DNA from: Planctomycetota bacterium | Lineage (GTDB): Bacteria > Planctomycetota > PLA2 > JAEUHO01 | DNA: 64,000 nucleotides | Direction: 5' to 3' | Assembly: GCA_965223505.1 (NCBI GenBank) | Contig: CBDCWP010000021.1 | Span: 1-64,000 of the forward strand | Shown: in pieces, positions 59,617-64,000 of the stretch | How positions within the stretch are numbered: the first letter of the stretch is position 1 | Layout: the number at the start of each line of letters is the position of its first letter | Position numbers and translations under genes: made by a program | Notes under the pieces: generated by a model | The model's database searches: none | What the model was told of the DNA's origin: nothing | Seen by the model: only the letters and a program-made list of their open reading frames with translations

Positions 59617-62277
59617 TCAGGGACCCCCGAGGCCCTTCTGGGCGTGGACGTGGATCTTCTCCGACATGCGCTCGAGGTTCTCGTCGGCCTGCTGATAGTT
59701 GCCGGCGCGAATCTTCTCGTCGTCCTCGGGCCGGAACCGTCGATACGCGGCGTTCGCCGCCTCGGCCGCTTCCAGGTCTTCGAGCTCCCGATAGACGTCC
59801 TGGGCCTTGGCCCACGCCCGCCAATCCTCGGGGTCGATCTCGAACAGGCGCCGGACGGTCTTCAGCGCGTCCTCGAACTTGTCCTGCTCGTACTGCGCGT
59901 TCGTGAGGTTGCGAAGTGCGGCGCGCTCGCGCGGGAAGTCGATCAGCACGTCCGCGAAGGCCTGCTCCGACTCGGCGAAGCGCTTCTGCGCGTCGTAGAT
60001 GACACCCTCGAAGAACCGCACCTTCGCCCAGCCGGGCTTGAGCTCGGCGGCCTTGCGCAGGTTCTCCCACGCCGGTGCCCAGTCGCGCTTTCCGATGTAC
60101 GCCCGCGCGACGTTCACCCAGCCATCGGGGTAGTCGGGCTTCATCCGGGTGACCTCTTCGAAGAGGTACGCGGCCTCGTCGAACTGCTCGTCGAGGTAGT
60201 ACGCGATGCCGAGATCGTTGATGCGCTCGGTGTCCTCGACGACGTCGATCGCGCTCGGCTTCGGCGGATACGTCGGCGTCCCCTCCGCGGTGACGGGCAG
60301 CGCGATCCGGGCCGTGCCGATGTCCAGAATGGGCAGCTTCGAGACGTCCACTTCGATCAGCTCATCGTTCGGACGGTGCTGGATGATCTTCGAGTCGGGG
60401 AAGAGGAAGTCGATGTACTGCCGCATGAACTTGCGGTAGTAGAGCGTCGCCTCGAGCCGCAGGTCGCCGGTCGCGCCTTCCGGCACGCGGAAGCGGTACC
60501 GAACGACGTCCGCGGTTCCCGGGCCGATGACGTTCTTGTAGACGACGGTGTGCACGTCGGGACCGATGCGGTTGACGACGTGCTTCCCGTGCTTGTCCAT
60601 GGGGTACGCGCGGTAGAACTCGGCACTCTGATCGACGATGCCGGTATCCTCGTCGATGTCGCCGGAGACGTAGAAGGGCTCCGCGTCGCCCACGGCCGCC
60701 TCGAAGCGCACCCAGACCTCGTTCGAGTCGATCGTCCCGCCGGGGAACGGGTGCCCGACGCCCACGTTGCGGACGACGACGTGCGCTTCGACGATCTCGC
60801 CGGGCTTCACGGCCGGCAAGATGCGCGGCGCCGGGGCGAACAGGCGCCGCCGCGCATCGCCACCCTCGAGACGCGGCAGCACGATGCCCGTCATGTCGAC
60901 GCGCAGCGCCGTGCTGAGGAAGGCGTGCTGGCGTTCGATCATGTCGGTGTCGCCGCGCATGTGCGGCAGAGCGGAGTTCGCGGCCGGGAAGAGATGGCTA
61001 CGGACGAAGCCGCGCGCATCCGCGGCGGGGTCCTCCGCGTCGGCCACCAGCGGCATGTGGCAGTCCTGGCACCGCTTGGCGAACGGCGGGTGATAGAAGG
61101 ACCGCACGTTGCCGAGCGAGGCGCCGCTGTCGTCGTGCGCGTCGAACTCGTCCTGCGCGCGGAACCAGTGACGGCGATTGAGCTCGGGAGGCACCTCGGC
61201 CTTGTGGCACGCGGAGCAGAATCCGGGCTCCTGGATGTTGTGCGGACGCAGGCTCTCGATGTGCGCGTCGGGCTTGGCGCGCAGCAACACGTCGTGGGCC
61301 TCCTGCAGCGCCGGGTCGTCGTACTTCTCCCAGGCGTACGCTCGCCGGCGCCCAACGACGTAGTCGCCGTTGCCGAGCGTGCTCTGCACGTCGATCGCGT
61401 GACAGGACATGCACGTCAGACCGGCGCGCGCCTCGACGCTCTCGAAGTCCAGGTCGGGGTCGTCCATCTTGCCGGTGAACAGCAACGCGGGGTCGTGACA
61501 GGACGCGCACCACTTCGTGTCGACGAGCGGATACGTTTCACGCATCGCCTGGATCGTTCCCTTGTAGAAGGGATTGGTCATCGACGAGTGCCGGTGCGCG
61601 CTGCGCGCCCACTCCGCCGTGATGCGTGGATGACAGCGGGCGCAGCCGGTCATGTCGGTGATGGGCGTATGGTCCTTCAGGAACTCGCCGTCGGGCGTGT
61701 TGCTGCGCGCGAGCCCGTAGTTCTTGTTCGAGACGAGCGGCGCGTCCTCGCCCCGGGCGAACGCGCCTTCTTCGACCGGCATCATCTGGTCGACGGCGAG
61801 GAGCAGCACGCCCACGAGCGCCATCGCGGTGACGCCCGCGCCCAGTCGATGCCATGACGCGGGATTGGTGCCGAAGCGGCGGTGCACGACGTAGAGCAAC
61901 AAGACGCCGAACCCACCGATGACGTGCAGCGGCCAGACCCAGTCGCCGCGCAGCGAGGAGCGCTCGAAGGCGAGCAGGACGCCCGAGAGTCCGACGCCGA
62001 GCACGGTGAGCGTGACGAGCGCACCGGTGAAGCCGATGACCGGGCGGCGCAGCATCTGCGCCTTCGCGTGCGGGATGACGAACGCCAGGAGCAGGGGAAT
62101 CGCGACCAGTCCGACGAGGATGTGCGCGAGCAACGCAACGGCGGCGGTCGTGCTCGCGCCGTCGCTGCGCAGGAGGAAGAGACCGCTGCCCGCCAGCACG
62201 ACGAAGCCGAACAGCAGTCCCCTCACCACGAGCTTTTGCCACCGTGTCAGGATCTCGCTGGTGAGCCGCTGCGCCAT
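59617..62277 (-). CDS. Membrane-anchored pentaheme cytochrome c with TPR domain
   Basis: Five N-terminal TM helices with His; CARCH, CASCH, CMSCH, CSACH, CQDCH; GHPFPGG; C-terminal TPRs. Confidence 0.88.
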   Translation of the reverse strand: MAQRLTSEILTRWQKLVVRGLLFGFVVLAGSGLFLLRSDGASTTAAVALLAHILVGLVAIPLLLAFVIPHAKAQMLRRPVIGFTGALVTLTVLGVGLSGVLLAFERSSLRGDWVWPLHVIGGFGVLLLYVVHRRFGTNPASWHRLGAGVTAMALVGVLLLAVDQMMPVEEGAFARGEDAPLVSNKNYGLARSNTPDGEFLKDHTPITDMTGCARCHPRITAEWARSAHRHSSMTNPFYKGTIQAMRETYPLVDTKWCASCHDPALLFTGKMDDPDLDFESVEARAGLTCMSCHAIDVQSTLGNGDYVVGRRRAYAWEKYDDPALQEAHDVLLRAKPDAHIESLRPHNIQEPGFCSACHKAEVPPELNRRHWFRAQDEFDAHDDSGASLGNVRSFYHPPFAKRCQDCHMPLVADAEDPAADARGFVRSHLFPAANSALPHMRGDTDMIERQHAFLSTALRVDMTGIVLPRLEGGDARRRLFAPAPRILPAVKPGEIVEAHVVVRNVGVGHPFPGGTIDSNEVWVRFEAAVGDAEPFYVSGDIDEDTGIVDQSAEFYRAYPMDKHGKHVVNRIGPDVHTVVYKNVIGPGTADVVRYRFRVPEGATGDLRLEATLYYRKFMRQYIDFLFPDSKIIQHRPNDELIEVDVSKLPILDIGTARIALPVTAEGTPTYPPKPSAIDVVEDTERINDLGIAYYLDEQFDEAAYLFEEVTRMKPDYPDGWVNVARAYIGKRDWAPAWENLRKAAELKPGWAKVRFFEGVIYDAQKRFAESEQAFADVLIDFPRERAALRNLTNAQYEQDKFEDALKTVRRLFEIDPEDWRAWAKAQDVYRELEDLEAAEAANAAYRRFRPEDDEKIRAGNYQQADENLERMSEKIHVHAQKGLGGP

Positions 62278-62466
62278 GGGAGTCTCTTTGTGGGTGATGT
62301 TCCGCGGTCGGGATGCACGCGGCCGGGGGAGCGGCCTCGATTGTCGAGCGTTCGCGCCCGGGGACGGAACGCCGGTCGGTGGCGCGCCATTCCCCGGCGG
62401 GAATCGAAACCGCTATGGTATGCCCCCGCCTTCGACAGCAGAAGTGCACGACGAATTGGAGCGCCC

Positions 62467-63675
62467 ATGTTCGAGAACACCCGTGAGGGCATTCAGGCCG
62501 AGCTACGAGAGATCGACGAGGCGGGGCTGACGAAGAGCGAGCGCATCATCACGAGCCCCCAGCGCGCGCTCATCACGACGAGCGACGGCAAGGAGGTGCT
62601 CAACTTCTGTGCCAACAACTATCTCGGTCTGTCGGACCACCCCGCGCTGATCGACGCCGTCAAGGAGAGCTTGGACGCCCGCGGGTACGGCATGTCGTCG
62701 GTGCGCTTCATCTGCGGCACGACCGACCGCCACCGTGAGCTCGAGAACCAGCTCGCTGCGTTCGTCGGACAGGAGGACTCGATCCTCTACAGCTCTTGCT
62801 TCGACGCGAACGCCGGGCTGTTCGAGACGATCCTGGGGCCGGACGACGCGATCATCTCGGACGCGCTCAATCACGCGTCGATCATCGACGGCATCCGGCT
62901 GTGCAAGGCGAAGCGGCTGCGCTTCCTGCACATGGACCTGGGCGATCTCGAGGCGAAGCTCAAGGAGGCCAAGGAAGCCGACGCGCGGCGCATCATGATC
63001 GCGACAGACGGCGTGTTCTCCATGGACGGCGACATCGCGGACCTCGAGGGCGTCTGCGACCTCGCCGAGAAGTACGGCGCCATGGTGATGGTGGACGATT
63101 CGCACTCGACCGGATTCGTCGGCAAGACCGGCCGCGGCACGCCGGAGCACTGCGGCGTGACGGACCGAATCGACATCATCACGTCGACGTTGGGAAAGGC
63201 GTTGGGCGGCGCGTCCGGCGGCTTCACGGCGGCGAAGCAGGAGATCGTGGATCTGCTGCGACAACGCTCGCGGCCGTATCTGTTCAGCAACTCGGTCGCG
63301 CCCCCCATCGTGGCGGCTTCGCTCGCGTGCATGCAGCTGCTGACCGGGAGCACGGAGCTCAGGGACCGGCTCGAGGCGAACACGATGCGCTTCCGGGAGG
63401 GCATGACGAACGCGGGTTTCGACATCCGGCCGGGCGTCCATCCCATCGTGCCGATCATGCTCGGTGACGCGCGCTTGAGCATGCAGATGGCCGACGCGAT
63501 GCTGGAAGAGGGCATCTACGTGATCGGCTTCTCGTATCCCGTGGTGCCGAAGGGCCAGGCTCGCATTCGTGTACAGCTCTCGGCGGGACACACGCCGGAG
63601 AACGTCGATCAGGCCATCGCGGCGTTCACGGGCGTGGGCAAGCGCCTGGGCGTGCTCTCGGAGTCGCCCGCCTAG
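62467..63675 (+). CDS. kbl: Glycine C-acetyltransferase (2-amino-3-ketobutyrate CoA ligase)
   Basis: [58 protein letters not shown]. Confidence 0.96.
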   Translation: MFENTREGIQAELREIDEAGLTKSERIITSPQRALITTSDGKEVLNFCANNYLGLSDHPALIDAVKESLDARGYGMSSVRFICGTTDRHRELENQLAAFVGQEDSILYSSCFDANAGLFETILGPDDAIISDALNHASIIDGIRLCKAKRLRFLHMDLGDLEAKLKEAKEADARRIMIATDGVFSMDGDIADLEGVCDLAEKYGAMVMVDDSHSTGFVGKTGRGTPEHCGVTDRIDIITSTLGKALGGASGGFTAAKQEIVDLLRQRSRPYLFSNSVAPPIVAASLACMQLLTGSTELRDRLEANTMRFREGMTNAGFDIRPGVHPIVPIMLGDARLSMQMADAMLEEGIYVIGFSYPVVPKGQARIRVQLSAGHTPENVDQAIAAFTGVGKRLGVLSESPA

Positions 63676-63761
63676 AGCCCGCCTGCGGCGAGAACCGCTC
63701 GTTCGGGCTCGGGCTCGCATCGGTCTCCCCGGGCTCGCGACGCGGCATTTCCGCACAGAGC

Positions 63762-64000
63762 CTAGCCGTCGCCCCAGCTCGCACCCTCCGGGCGCACGAT
63801 GTCGTCGTCGGTGTCGGGCAGGCCGTCGGCGCCGAGGGACCGGAGGCGGTATACGCCGCCCGCGGCGTCCACGACGCGATACTGGATCGGCCGGCGGTAC
63901 TGGTCCTCGGGCAACACGTCGCCCTTGTACGTCGAGTGGGCGTTGACGAGCTCGTGGAAGCGTTGGGGGAGAACGCCGGTTCGCTGGTGGTGCTCGACGA
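63762..64000 (-). CDS. Partial (3' end) GspG-like pseudopilin domain protein
   Basis: Hand translation ..LPEDQYRRPIQY..YRLRSLGADGLPDTDDDI..; runs off the window edge. Confidence 0.7.
   Translation of the reverse strand, partial: VEHHQRTGVLPQRFHELVNAHSTYKGDVLPEDQYRRPIQYRVVDAAGGVYRLRSLGADGLPDTDDDIVRPEGASWGDG

Overview
High-GC bacterial chromosomal segment with about 58 real CDS; most other ORFs in the six-frame track are frame or antisense shadows. The many secreted HEAT/vWA proteins, membrane Ser/Thr kinases, a secretin-N-only protein and a multiheme-TPR protein suggest a Planctomycetota-like organism (inference only). Recognisable content: a 2-aminoethylphosphonate/phosphonolipid cluster (PEP mutase-cytidylyltransferase fusion with a non-canonical active-site loop, split decarboxylase, transaminase, second cytidylyltransferase, CDP-alcohol phosphotransferase); an FHA-GAF-sigma54 activator followed by a full enhancer/IHF/-24/-12 promoter layout in front of a Zn-ribbon membrane kinase and a PspA-like protein; a MoxR/vWA pair; a full-length NifB-like protein lacking the Fe-S-ligand cysteines, with no nif genes nearby; a Cys/Sec-free redoxin; bacilliredoxin; a divergent PGK; tRNA-Ala(CGC) with a duplicated 3' end; ABC transporters; AOTCase; a pentaheme cytochrome-TPR protein; and kbl. 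Non-coding structure includes GTAG-type REP elements that supply stop codons, a second dispersed repeat, frequent leaderless-type -10 boxes exactly 6 nt before start codons, and strong TAG stop-codon bias. No CRISPR array, rRNA, integrase or transposase was seen. All family assignments come from motif recognition by eye, not database searches.
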